Notes: generated by a model not told the origin, from the sequence alone. A stretch of 64,000 bases of DNA from an uncultured Spirochaetota bacterium (GCA_963734545.1 CAVTHO010000008.1:704001-768000); one strand, 5' to 3'; counted from the stretch's first letter, positions 28,879 to 38,936 are shown. Numbers and translations: made by a program.

Positions 28879-31343
28879 TGAGCCAGCGCAGGAGCCTGGC
28901 GTCTCTTTTCCTTGTCTCGCTCTTCGGCCTCTCTTTCGAGACTTTCCTCAGCCGCTACTTCGCGGTTGCCCTTTTTTCCGACTACAGCTATTGGGTCATC
29001 TCCCTGGCGCTCCTCGGATACTCGTTCGGAGGGGTCTTCCTTACGCTTTTCCGCGATCACTTTCATCGCTACAGCGCGCGGTACCTCCTGCTCATCCCTC
29101 CGCTCCTCCTGGCCGCCAGCGTTCTCGCGTTCGTCATGCTGAGGGCGAACCCCTTCAATCCGCTGGAGCTTCAAAACTCGGTGCTGTGGACGAGCCAGGT
29201 CCGGTACATCTTTTCGTACTACGCCGCGCTGTTCCCCGTGTTCTTCCTGACCGGCGGATTCATCGGCCTCAATTTCCTGGTCTGGAGCGATTCGATACCG
29301 CGGGTCTATGCGGTGGATCTGCTGGGTGCCGCCGGCGGCTCTGCACTGGTCCTCGCCGCGATGTTCTTTCTGCACCCCTATCACCTGCCCGCCGTGATGC
29401 TGCCGATCCTTTTTGCGGTCATTGTCCTGAACACGACGGGGTATTTCGGAAAGAAGCTCGAAGCGCGGCCCCTCACCCTCATTGCCGCCGGTGCTGCCTT
29501 CCTGGGGCTCGGCATGTCCATCGTGCTTTCCGTGAACACCCTCGACGTGCCGGACTTCAAGAAACTGCATGCCGTTCTCGGAATTCGCGACTCCCGGATC
29601 ATCAGCTCACGGGTTTCCCCGGCAGGATCGTGGCTGACCGTGGACAACTACACCGAGTTCGACGACGTCAGCATGACAAACAACTACGGCAGTCTCACTA
29701 CCGCGTCCCCGCCTCGGACGTGGGGGCTGTATCGGGATGCCGTCCGCGTGGCTCCCCTGCCCCGAGAGATTCCCACTGATTTTTCCTATCTCAACGGGTC
29801 CCTTTCATTCTTTCCCTACGTGATCCGCCCTCATCCCGTCGTTCTTCTCATCGGGACCAACGGCGGCCTCAAGATCATCGAAAGTGCGCACAGCGGCGCG
29901 GCATCGGGGGTCGCGCTGGAGCAGCCGGGTGACATTCACCGCATCGTCACCGAGCGGCTGCGCGCCCTTGACCCGCGCTTCGAACAGACATGGCGGATTC
30001 GCCTCCAGCGCGGCTCTGTCTTTTCCCTTGCACGGGGATCGCGTCGGCAATTCGACATCATCGAGGTGGCGAATGACTTCTTGTCCCAGGACAGCAACAC
30101 CGCATGGTCATTCACCGTGGAGGCCATGGAGCTTTTCCTGCGCGCACTCAGGCCGGGTGGTGTGATCTCGATCCCCATGGACATCTCCGAGTTCGACCTG
30201 TACAGCCTGAAGCTGGCCAATACGATGGTCACCGCTCTCTCCCGGCAGGGCATCACGGATCCTGCCCGTCACGTCATGGCGTATCGCACCGCATGGACCT
30301 GCCAGCTTCTTGTTTCCAACCAGCCCTTCAGCTCTTCCGACATTGCGCGGCTCGTGAGCTGGTGCGCGGAACGCTCCTTCGACACCCCCTGGTATCCGGG
30401 CATCGATCCTTCCTCCCTCAGCGTGTGGAACGACCTTCCGCCGGTTTCCTTCGAGGAAGGTCAGGTGCAGGTTTCGGCAGCGGCGCAGGATGCGCTGATG
30501 AACGACCTGGTATTGATCTTCGGGCATCCCGGCAGAGAGCCGGCCGCGAGCCGGTTCTTCAATCTGAGCCCTTCCACCATGGACAGCCCCGACTTTTTCT
30601 CGATCGCGCGTCTCTCGAAGGTACGCGCGCTCCTGTCGAGAATCCAGATTCTCCCGGAGAAAGAAGTCGGCTACATGCTCAACCTCGTGATCCTGGTCCA
30701 GGCGCTCGTGCTGGCTGCTCTCGTCCTGTGCCTCCCGCTGGGCGCCGGCAGGAAAGTCGTTCGACGATCGGCAGGAGCCGGCTCCCTGCTCCCCCGTGTA
30801 TTCCTGTATTTCAGCGCCCTGGGATTCGGTTTCTTCTTCATCGAGCTCACGCTCGTAAGCAAGCTTTCCTTCTTCCTGGAGAGCGCCTCGCTCTCCTTCG
30901 GGACCGTGCTGGCCGGCATCCTCGTCTTCTCCGGCCTGGGAAGCTGGCGCGCTTCCCGTTTCAAGGAGAACCCCCGGCGCGGCCTGCTCGGCGGTCTCGT
31001 CGTGATCGCGGCAAGCCTCGGGTTCTTTCTGTTCGGGCTGGATCCGCTGATGCGGGCCTGCATCGGCTTCCCGCTTCCGCTCAAGATTGCGCTTGCGGTT
31101 GCCCTGATCGCGCCGCTCTCTTTTGCCCTGGGCAGGCCATTCGCCCTGGGAACCGCGTCCCTTGCGGGGTATTCTGATTCACTTGTCCCCTGGGCATGGG
31201 CGATAAACGGCGCGTTTTCCGTTGTGGCAACGCCCCTGGCCAGCATCCTCTCTGTGTCGACAGGGTGGAGCGTTGTTCTTGCGGCCGCGCTGCTGCTCTA
31301 TCTCACGACAGCAATCAGCTTTCCCGAGCGGAGAAAAGCATAG
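28878..31343 (+). CDS. Polytopic membrane protein with central spermidine-synthase/class I SAM-methyltransferase-like domain
   Basis: N-terminal TMs with 'YAVDLLGAAGG'; soluble 'VLLIGTNGG', 'FDII', 'ALRPGG'; C-terminal TMs with 'WAWAINGAFSV'; ATG overlaps the pcm stop. Confidence 0.8.
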   Translation: MSQRRSLASLFLVSLFGLSFETFLSRYFAVALFSDYSYWVISLALLGYSFGGVFLTLFRDHFHRYSARYLLLIPPLLLAASVLAFVMLRANPFNPLELQNSVLWTSQVRYIFSYYAALFPVFFLTGGFIGLNFLVWSDSIPRVYAVDLLGAAGGSALVLAAMFFLHPYHLPAVMLPILFAVIVLNTTGYFGKKLEARPLTLIAAGAAFLGLGMSIVLSVNTLDVPDFKKLHAVLGIRDSRIISSRVSPAGSWLTVDNYTEFDDVSMTNNYGSLTTASPPRTWGLYRDAVRVAPLPREIPTDFSYLNGSLSFFPYVIRPHPVVLLIGTNGGLKIIESAHSGAASGVALEQPGDIHRIVTERLRALDPRFEQTWRIRLQRGSVFSLARGSRRQFDIIEVANDFLSQDSNTAWSFTVEAMELFLRALRPGGVISIPMDISEFDLYSLKLANTMVTALSRQGITDPARHVMAYRTAWTCQLLVSNQPFSSSDIARLVSWCAERSFDTPWYPGIDPSSLSVWNDLPPVSFEEGQVQVSAAAQDALMNDLVLIFGHPGREPAASRFFNLSPSTMDSPDFFSIARLSKVRALLSRIQILPEKEVGYMLNLVILVQALVLAALVLCLPLGAGRKVVRRSAGAGSLLPRVFLYFSALGFGFFFIELTLVSKLSFFLESASLSFGTVLAGILVFSGLGSWRASRFKENPRRGLLGGLVVIAASLGFFLFGLDPLMRACIGFPLPLKIALAVALIAPLSFALGRPFALGTASLAGYSDSLVPWAWAINGAFSVVATPLASILSVSTGWSVVLAAALLLYLTTAISFPERRKA

Positions 31344-31366
31344 GCGTGCCGGTAAGCCGCCGGGAT

Positions 31367-32371
31367 TCAGTCGGCGGTAACTTCCAGGATCATCTTTGTC
31401 CGGAGCGCATCGAACAGCTCCCCGGCCGGGTAGTAGCGGTTCTTGCCGATCATGGTGACGTCATCCGCATAGCGCATGCTGTTTGATTCCCAGTCCACCG
31501 GATAGGGGTCATAAACGACAAAATAGCCCTTGTCCAGGCTGTAGCCTTTGACCAGCACGTAGTGGCCCAGGTCATCGCCATAGTACCTGCCCACGAGGTT
31601 GATGCTCGGGTCTCCGTCGACCTTTTCGATGCCCCCGCTCTGAATGAGGACAAATGCGATGTGTCCCCGGTCCAGCAGGTCCTGCAGGTCCTGCGGCTCG
31701 GTCAGCGTGGGGCTCTTGAATCCCACGCCGTGCCGGCGCAGAGATTCCTTCAGGTCTTCGAAGCTCGTCGCGCCGTCATCGTAGGGATAGCCGATTTCCG
31801 CCCGGATCTGCTGCACCGGCACGTCTTTTCCTCGCGCCCAGAGGATGGCCATGGAAACAAGCGCGGGCCCGCAGTTGGCGATGCCCGTCCCGAACTGGGT
31901 CCTGTACCAGTCGAGATCGTCCCGGGTCACCTGCCGGGACGGCAGAGGGGGAACGAAGACGTACACAGGGCGCACCGCCTTGCCGGCTCCCACGTTGAGG
32001 ATCGTGTGTCCCGAGACCTGCGCGCGGAACTTCCAGGAGGCGCCGATCCGGGAGAGAATCGCCGGATGTCCGTCGAAGCTGACGGGGCCGGGAGAGAGGT
32101 CGACCACCTCGCCGGGATTCAATGTGAGGTAACTCGGGCGGGCCGGTTTTGCGGCCTGAGGTGTCTCCCGCGGCACGGGGGGCGTGGGCAGCCTCTCATG
32201 GCTCGAAGAGCCCCCGCCTGTCGCGGCCGACGAAACAGTCGCCGACCAGGCCGACTCTGAAGGCAGAACCAGAAACATCGAGGCACCAATGAGGAGGAAC
32301 GCGCAAAGAAGAAGCAGGAGAGATCTTCGTCCATGAAAGAATGACATGATTTGCATGACCGTAGGCTTCAT
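31367..32371 (-). CDS. C39-like papain-fold peptidase, exported
   Basis: 'QFGTGIANCGPA', 'GHYVLVKGY', 'VYDP'; N-terminal hydrophobic segment. Confidence 0.8.
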   Translation of the reverse strand: MKPTVMQIMSFFHGRRSLLLLLCAFLLIGASMFLVLPSESAWSATVSSAATGGGSSSHERLPTPPVPRETPQAAKPARPSYLTLNPGEVVDLSPGPVSFDGHPAILSRIGASWKFRAQVSGHTILNVGAGKAVRPVYVFVPPLPSRQVTRDDLDWYRTQFGTGIANCGPALVSMAILWARGKDVPVQQIRAEIGYPYDDGATSFEDLKESLRRHGVGFKSPTLTEPQDLQDLLDRGHIAFVLIQSGGIEKVDGDPSINLVGRYYGDDLGHYVLVKGYSLDKGYFVVYDPYPVDWESNSMRYADDVTMIGKNRYYPAGELFDALRTKMILEVTAD

Positions 32372-32466
32372 AGGGCAAGAATTGCAGGGATTATATCGTG
32401 TCAGTCAGAAACAATCCAGAGCTTGCGGCGCTCACGCGGATGCGCCCGCCGACAGGCCGGGAGCCG

Positions 32467-32608
32467 TCCAAGTCCGCGGAGTACCGCGGAAGGGCTACGG
32501 GCCTCCTTTCGTGCGTCCCTCGCCCTCCAACTCCGCGGAGTACCGCGGAAGGGCTACGGGCCTCCTTTCGTGCGTCCATGCACTCGTCGGCCCTCGCCCT
32601 CCCTGGCT
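32467..32608. repeat. Tandem duplicated ~52-bp unit (59-bp period) containing a palindrome, merging into a dispersed repeat
   Basis: tccgcggagtaccgcggaagggctacgggcctcctttcgtgcgtcc is identical at 32473-32518 and 32532-32577. Confidence 0.9.
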
Positions 32609-33302
32609 ACGGCGCAGCCGTAAACCTGTACCCTGTTCCATGAACCGTGGTGAAATGCCGGGGCCGGGCAGGGTCGTCCTCGACCTTCTTGCGGAGGCCC
32701 GCCATGTGCTGGTCCAGGGTCCGGGTCGTGCCCTCGTAACGCACGCCCCACACTTCGTCCATCAGGGTGATCCGATCCAGGGCCTCCCCTTCGCGCGAGG
32801 TGAAAAGACGCAGAAGGGCGAGCTCGCGCCGGCTGATGTCGAACGCGCGGTCTCCCTTTGTCCCCCGCATGGTGCGGGGGTCTATCGTCACATCGCCGAA
32901 TCGTATGGGGCGGTCGTCCCGTCCGCTTTCCTTCGGCTTGCCGCGGCGCAGGACCGCCCGGACACGGGCAAGGAGCTCCTGTGCGCTGAATGGCTTCACC
33001 ACGTAGTCGTCGGCACCGAGCTCGAGCCCGACCACCTTGTCCACCTCCTCGCCCTTCGCGGTGAGCATGATCACCGGAGTGGAGGCGTCCGTGCGCCTGA
33101 TCTCACGACACACCTCGTAGCCGCTCTTTTCCGGAATCATGACGTCCAGCAGCACGAGGTCCGGTCTTGCCTCGGCGTGGCGCGCGAGGGCGGCAGCCCC
33201 GTCCATCGCCTGTTCGACGAGGAACCCCTCCCCCTGCAGAAGGTCGACGAGGCCGGTGAGGATGGCCGGGTCGTCCTCCACCACGAGGATCCGCTTCTTC
33301 AT
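32607..33302 (-). CDS. OmpR/PhoB-family response regulator
   Basis: 'ILVVEDD', 'LLDVMIP', 'MLTAKG', 'GADDYVVKPF', winged helix 'TVHGTGYRF'. Confidence 0.95.
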   Translation of the reverse strand: MKKRILVVEDDPAILTGLVDLLQGEGFLVEQAMDGAAALARHAEARPDLVLLDVMIPEKSGYEVCREIRRTDASTPVIMLTAKGEEVDKVVGLELGADDYVVKPFSAQELLARVRAVLRRGKPKESGRDDRPIRFGDVTIDPRTMRGTKGDRAFDISRRELALLRLFTSREGEALDRITLMDEVWGVRYEGTTRTLDQHMAGLRKKVEDDPARPRHFTTVHGTGYRFTAAP

Positions 33303-35437
33303 GACTCATCACCCCCGTCACCGGTCCCCGCGCCGGGCAGACGGACAACGAAGTCGCTTCCGCCGCCTGCCCGGGGCAGGCACGATATGTCACCGCCGTG
33401 GTCGCGGGCGATTCTGCGCGCGATGGTCAGACCCAATCCCGTGCCTCGCACCCGGCTGGAAAGAGAGTCGTCCACGCGAAAGAACTCGCGGAATATGCGC
33501 TCCCTGTCCTTTTCCGCAACGCCGATCCCCCGGTCCCGCACGTGCACGCTGATGAGGTCCGTTGCCCGCGTCACCTCCACCTCGATCTCCTTTCTGTCGG
33601 GAGAGTACTTCTCCGCGTTCGAGAGCAGGTTGAGGACAACCTGCTTCAAGGCCTCCGGATCGGCACGCACGTATGCGTCGACTCCGTCCCCCGCCAGGGA
33701 GAGGGAGAACCCGCGGCTCTCCAGGCCGGTGCGCTGGCTCTCCACGATTTCCCGCGTTGCCCGGGCAGCGTCGATGACTCTCATCGCGTATCTCTTGCCG
33801 CCGCGCTCGCTCGCCGAGAAATCGAGCACGTTGTTGATAAGACGTGTCAGGCGCTCGGTTTCCGATGCCATCAGGGAGAGATACCGGGCGCGCTTTCGTG
33901 CGTCCGGCTGCCGTTTGCCCTGCAGCAGCTCCACGAACAGGCTGATCGATGTGAGAGGCGTCTTGAGCTCGTGCGAAACATTGGTGACAAAGGAGGCCTT
34001 CTTCTGGGCGAGCCGCATCTCCCCGTAGACGGAGTTGAGCACGAGCGTTCCCCCGCCGGCCACCGATATGAAGAGGATCAGCACCATGATCCAGATCACA
34101 AACGAGGATGAGCGGGCCTGGGCGGAGATGACGTCCGGACTCGTGAGATAGCCCGCCGCCTCCCACCTCGGCAGAGACTCCCCTATCTCGCGTGAAACAA
34201 AGGGCTGCCGCCAGTTGCGCGCGGTCGATTCGGGCGGGGTTGCCAGGGGAGCGCCGTTCTCATCGAGAATCGTGATGATCCGCACCGGCGTGTAGGTCCC
34301 CGCGAGCACGCCCGAGATGCGCTGGTGCAGCGCGCCCACGGAGACTTCGCAGCCCGCAATCCTGCCGTCCTTCTGGCGCTCCCAGAAGAGGAACGTGAGC
34401 GTGTCTCCAATGAACCGCGGAATGAGACCGTAGCCTCCCTGTGAGGCGATCTGGCTGAGAAGCCGGGAGGTGATGACGAACTGGGACTGCTGCGCGACCG
34501 GGGCCTGGATGGCTCCGGCGGCCGGGGCAGCCGTGGGCACCGTGGCGGGAGTCTCTTTCTTGTCGGCCGGTGCAAGATCGGTTGCCGCAAGCTCGGTTTC
34601 GATCGCGCCCGCCGCAGGAGGCGCTGCATCCGCGGAATACCGCGGTGCGGCCGTGCTCGGCGCCGCGTTCTGCGCCATCTTCGACAAAGGCTGCGCGACA
34701 CGCGGGCTCACCCTGTCGCCCTTCTCCCGCGCCTGCTCGTACACCCTGCTTTGCAGAGCCGGGTCTTGCGCGAATGCGTCGAGCGCCATCTGGCGGGAGG
34801 CGGTGTCCGATGTCGCCCCGGCCTGGCCGCCGGCCGCCGCGGCCGCCCGGGTCTCGTCTTTCGTGAATGACTGCGACTCGGCGGCAGCCGTCTCCGTCGA
34901 GGCCGCGCCCTTCCGCGGCGCCGGCGCCGAGTCCGCGGAGTCCCCCGGCGCGGGCTTCTCCGACGCGCGCTCGGTTCTGCGGGTCTCAGCGAGGATTTCC
35001 TGCCGGTACTTGACCGCGATATTCTGCAGCACCACGGTCGTTGCCTTGTCACTCAGGAAATCGCCATTCCGCAGCAGGAATTGCCGCTGCGCGGCGTCGA
35101 GTCCGGCACTCTCGCGCGGCCAGAGAATCCCGTATCGAGGCGAAAGAAGAAACGGCACACCCACAAGGGGTGTCGCCCGCTGCCAGCGCGGCAGGATCCG
35201 GGCGTAGTCACCCGCGTCGGGCACTTCGATTCCCGCGCGCAGCTCGTCGACGATCCGCCCCACCTCCGCGGCGGCGAGGCCCGCCGTCTGGGTGACCTCT
35301 GCGAGGAGGGTCGTCGTGAGCTGCTTCTCGACAAACGCCTCCTCTCTGCCCGCGGCGCGGATGGAGAGCACTGCCAGCAGGATGCTGGGCACGATGACGG
35401 CGGCGACGAAGATCAGGCCGAGGTTGCGGGATTTCAC
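33299..35437 (-). CDS. Membrane sensor histidine kinase
   Basis: Two TMs; H-box 'VSHELKTPLTSI', 'NLLSNAEKYS', 'DRGIG', 'GTGLGL'; Ala-rich insert in the sensor domain. Confidence 0.93.
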   Translation of the reverse strand: MKSRNLGLIFVAAVIVPSILLAVLSIRAAGREEAFVEKQLTTTLLAEVTQTAGLAAAEVGRIVDELRAGIEVPDAGDYARILPRWQRATPLVGVPFLLSPRYGILWPRESAGLDAAQRQFLLRNGDFLSDKATTVVLQNIAVKYRQEILAETRRTERASEKPAPGDSADSAPAPRKGAASTETAAAESQSFTKDETRAAAAAGGQAGATSDTASRQMALDAFAQDPALQSRVYEQAREKGDRVSPRVAQPLSKMAQNAAPSTAAPRYSADAAPPAAGAIETELAATDLAPADKKETPATVPTAAPAAGAIQAPVAQQSQFVITSRLLSQIASQGGYGLIPRFIGDTLTFLFWERQKDGRIAGCEVSVGALHQRISGVLAGTYTPVRIITILDENGAPLATPPESTARNWRQPFVSREIGESLPRWEAAGYLTSPDVISAQARSSSFVIWIMVLILFISVAGGGTLVLNSVYGEMRLAQKKASFVTNVSHELKTPLTSISLFVELLQGKRQPDARKRARYLSLMASETERLTRLINNVLDFSASERGGKRYAMRVIDAARATREIVESQRTGLESRGFSLSLAGDGVDAYVRADPEALKQVVLNLLSNAEKYSPDRKEIEVEVTRATDLISVHVRDRGIGVAEKDRERIFREFFRVDDSLSSRVRGTGLGLTIARRIARDHGGDISCLPRAGGGSDFVVRLPGAGTGDGGDES

Positions 35438-35547
35438 CTGCGTGCTGCCCTCCCGGATTGTAGCAGGAAAGAGTGCTCCTGTCCCCGATGCATGAAACCA
35501 GCATAGCAATCCGCCCCGGTACGGGTGTCAACGGAGGGAAAAAGAAC

Positions 35548-35563
35548 TGTAAGAGAAGTGTAA
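35548..35563. promoter_or_regulatory. TGTAA-N6-TGTAA direct repeat (candidate OmpR-family box)
   Basis: 11-bp period direct repeat in the divergent intergenic region upstream of the two-component operon. Confidence 0.4.
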
Positions 35564-35588
35564 AACCAGGCGCGCCGATGCCTCGTCC

Positions 35589-35630
35589 TTGACCTGTATC
35601 CGGATTTAATCTATAGAAGGTTTCTATAGA
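35589..35630 (+). promoter_or_regulatory. Sigma70-like promoter with overlapping operator palindrome
   Basis: TTGACC-17-TATAGA; perfect inverted repeat TCTATAGAA-GGT-TTCTATAGA at 35610-35630. Confidence 0.6.
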
Positions 35631-35666
35631 AGCATCTCATCGAACCTCGCCGAGGGAGGCGTTCTC

Positions 35667-36395
35667 ATGGCAAAGAAGCTGCGCGTGACGGTCTGGAACG
35701 AGTACAGGCACGAAAAGAGCGATCCTGCCGTGGCGGCAATCTATCCAAAGGGGATACAGGGAGCCATTGCAGGAGCCTTGTCCGGTGAGCCCGACATGAC
35801 GGTGCGCACCGCGACCCTGGACGAACCCTCGCACGGTCTCACGGATGATACCCTGGCCTCCACCGACGTTCTCACGTGGTGGGGTCACATGGCGCATGAC
35901 CAGGTCAGGGACGAGGTGGCGGAGAAGGTCCAGAAGAGAGTACACGAGGGCATGGGCCTCATCGTGCTGCATTCAGGCCACATGTCGAAGCCATTCGTCC
36001 GGCTCATGGGGACGAGCTGCCTGCTGCGCTGGCGTGAGGCGGGAGAAAAGGAGAGGCTCTGGGTGGTGGAGCCGGGCCACCCCATCGTGGACGGGCTGGG
36101 GCCCTTCTTCGAGATCCCCCATGAAGAGATGTACGGGGAGCGCTTCGACGTGCCTGCCCCGGAATCCACCGTGTTCATCAGCTGGTTTGCCGGCGGGAAC
36201 GTGTTCCGGTCGGGCTGCTGCTTCACGCGCGGCAAGGGGCGGATCTTCTACTTCAGGCCCGGCCATGAGACCTTTCCCACCTACCATCAGAGGGAAGTCC
36301 AGCTCGTGATCAGAAACGCGGTCCGGTGGGCGGCGCCGGGGAACGGGCCCGTGATGAAGCTGGGCGACCCCGAGCAGCCTCTGGAGAGGATCTGA
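35667..36395 (+). CDS. ThuA-domain (trehalose utilisation) protein
   Basis: '[10 protein letters not shown]', 'IYPKG', 'WWGHMAH', 'VLHSGH', 'EEMYGERFD', '[10 protein letters not shown]'. Confidence 0.9.
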   Translation: MAKKLRVTVWNEYRHEKSDPAVAAIYPKGIQGAIAGALSGEPDMTVRTATLDEPSHGLTDDTLASTDVLTWWGHMAHDQVRDEVAEKVQKRVHEGMGLIVLHSGHMSKPFVRLMGTSCLLRWREAGEKERLWVVEPGHPIVDGLGPFFEIPHEEMYGERFDVPAPESTVFISWFAGGNVFRSGCCFTRGKGRIFYFRPGHETFPTYHQREVQLVIRNAVRWAAPGNGPVMKLGDPEQPLERI

Positions 36396-36422
36396 GGCAG
36401 GTCCCGCCCGGAAGGAGAAGCG

Positions 36423-37434
36423 ATGTTGGAAACAAAAGTAGGATGGATTGGAATCGGGGTCATGGGCCGGTCGATGTGCGGTCATCTGCAGAAAGCCGGC
36501 TATCCCGTCTCGCTCTATACGCGAACCCGGGAAAAGGCCGTCGAGCTCCTCGCTGCCGGCGCCTCCTGGTGCGCGACGCCCGGCGAGGTGGCGCGGCGCA
36601 GCGACGTCGTCTTCACGATGGTGGGATTCCCGGCGGATGTCGAGCAGGTCTACCTGGCAGATGACGGAATCCTCGCCGGCGTGCGCACGGGGAGCATCGT
36701 CTGCGACATGACCACTTCGGAGCCGTCTCTGGCAGTGAAGATCTACAAGGAAGCCTCGGCCCGGTCGGCGGCATCCCTGGATGCCCCCGTATCCGGAGGT
36801 GACGTCGGCGCCCGGGAGGCAAAACTTGCCATCATGGTCGGGCGGCGACAAACACGCGTTCGACGCCGTGCTTCCGCTTTTTCGGAAGATGGGAGAGACA
36901 ATCGCGCTGATGGGCGGACCCGGGGCAGGCCAGCATACCAAGATGGCGAACCAGATCGTCATCTCGGGAAACATGATCGGGATGGTGGAGGCCCTGCTCT
37001 ACACGCACAAGGCAGGGCTCGGGCTTGACGCGATGATCGACATCGTGGGCAAAGGCGCCGCGTCCTCGTTCTCGTTCAACAACCTGGGCAGGAGGATCGC
37101 AAAAGGCGACTTCAGTCCCGGCTTCTTCATCAAGCATTTCGTCAAGGACATGGGAATTGCGCTCCAGGAGGCGCGTCGCATGAACCTTGCGCTGCCCGGC
37201 CTCGCGCTGGTGAATCAGTTCTATCTTTCCGCGCAGGCTCTCGGCCTTGAAAACCTGGGCACGCAGGGTCTCTACAAGGTGCTCGCGAAGATGAACGCAA
37301 TCGATGAGCTGATCCAAGCCAGGCACAATCAATTAGAGAAAATAGAGATATTGGTGAATTGCAAAATCATGATAGAACCCGAGCCGGAAGAGCGGCCATT
37401 GGATTTCCGATGCCGAATAAATCCTCTACAATGA
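36423..37434 (+). CDS. NAD(P)-dependent beta-hydroxyacid dehydrogenase family (frameshift near 36840; true end probably near 37310)
   Basis: 'WIGIGVMG', 'DAPVSGGDVGA', 'GAGQHTKMANQ', 'HFVKDMGIAL'. Confidence 0.88.
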
Positions 37435-37588
37435 AAAAGACAGAAGTCATGCATGACCGGATCATGACGATTCATCTTCATGACGACGTGCTTATCATGA
37501 TATCGCGCAAAGAACAGACAACATCGCGCATCATTGCGATTATGTTTTGACGGTTTGTGTCGATGCTAAAAATACCAAAAGAAATTGC

Positions 37589-37617
37589 TTGACAGTAAAA
37601 ATGACGCCAGCTATAAT
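37589..37617 (+). promoter_or_regulatory. Perfect consensus sigma70 promoter
   Basis: TTGACA(37589-37594)-17 bp-TATAAT(37612-37617), with an A-rich upstream element. Confidence 0.85.
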
Positions 37618-37701
37618 GCCAGCATAAACTACTTTAGCAGGGGTGATGATTTAAGGCCGTTGGCTTTTCATCCCCCCCAAAAAACTTGGAGGAGGGACTG
37701 A

Positions 37702-38786
37702 ATGAAGAAAGCGGTAGTTTTGGGCATGATTCTTCTAGCCCTTGGCACTCTGGCATACGCTGATGCCAGCATTGGCTTTGGGTGGGGGCGCACAACGTTT
37801 ACCGTACGTCGGCAGAGGGCACTCGGCGATCGGAAGACATTCTGTCAGGGTGGGGAACTCAACGATTTCCCGTTCAGCCCCGCGCGAGAATCTCGACATC
37901 GCTTACTCAGGCGACCACACGGCATTCCATCTTCACCGGCTATCTGGATGGCACGAACCTGAGCTGGGTGGGCATCTACGGCACCCTGAAGCTGATGCCG
38001 GATATGTTCAGCGTCATGATCGGTCGAGTTCGACGATGATGGATGGGACACGTTCAGGAAGACTTCTCCGCACCCGATCCGCGATGTGAACAACAACAAC
38101 GTCGGCCGTTTCAACGGCTATGGTATAATCCTGGACGTTGCGCCGAAAGATTCCGGATTCGAAGCAGCGGTCATGTACAAGACCGGTGATCCTACCGGGA
38201 CTGGCGCCCTCGACCGGCGGAACCGAAGGATCATGCAGACCCTGAACAACACCAACATTGCGGCATCCTATACCGTTCCCAACACGGTGAAGATCGTGGC
38301 TGGATCTCTGCAGACACGAGGCGACGCTTGTACACGGCGAACCGGAACATCTTCGGACGCGTTGAGCTCCTCATGGTTCCGAACCTCACCGTCTGGGCGG
38401 ATGTGAGGTATGCTGGCTTCGACGCGAGCCGGACAGCAGTGTCCAATATCAACGCCGAGCTTGCTGGCGCGTACGATATGAAGCCTCTGACCATCGTCTT
38501 CGCCGCCGTCTTCGGGTCGAACGATGCTTGGGGGAACCAGGTCACGAGCTTGGGCTGTGTACCCCGAAGTGTACTACAACATGGGCGCCTTCACGCTTGG
38601 TCTGTACGGCAACTCATGGCCGGACCGACTCTTCGGCCATCAGCGGAATTGAGCTAGCAGGTCGAGCCCTACGTGAAGCTGAATGATTTCAACACGAGAA
38701 TCAGCTTCGTACATCGGCCAACAGCGTCTGACACAGGCAGCATCTCCACCTGGGAAATCCCCATCATGATCGACTGGGGCTTCTAG
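37702..38786 (+). CDS. Putative outer-membrane beta-barrel / major surface porin (multiple frameshifts)
   Basis: Signal peptide 'MKKAVVLGMILLALGTLAYA'; amphipathic strands in alternating frames; C-terminus 'WEIPIMIDWGF*'; GGAGGAG RBS. Confidence 0.65.
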
Positions 38787-38802
38787 TCTCTGCATGAACT
38801 TG

Positions 38803-38833
38803 AAAGGCGCGCTGCCAAGCGCGCCTTTTTTTT
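38803..38833 (+). terminator. Rho-independent terminator
   Basis: AAAGGCGCGCT-GCCA-AGCGCGCCTTT followed by a T-run. Confidence 0.9.
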
Positions 38834-38936
38834 GCCTATCTCCGCCATTCTGCCCGCGCTCCCCTTGTGCTTGAAATAGTTCCTCGTGACATGCGATAGT
38901 TTCCCGGTGTTGAATTGAGTGGAGGAGGAAGAATAC

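Noticed and set aside
32467-32577. Palindromic direct repeats as a mini CRISPR array
   Set aside because: Only two copies, separated by about 7-13 nt rather than a spacer-sized unique sequence, and no cas genes in the window
37359-37550. Small ORF as a leader or precursor peptide
   Set aside because: TTG start, atypical codon usage and no clear RBS; the Met/His/Asp pattern simply reflects the TCATGA repeats
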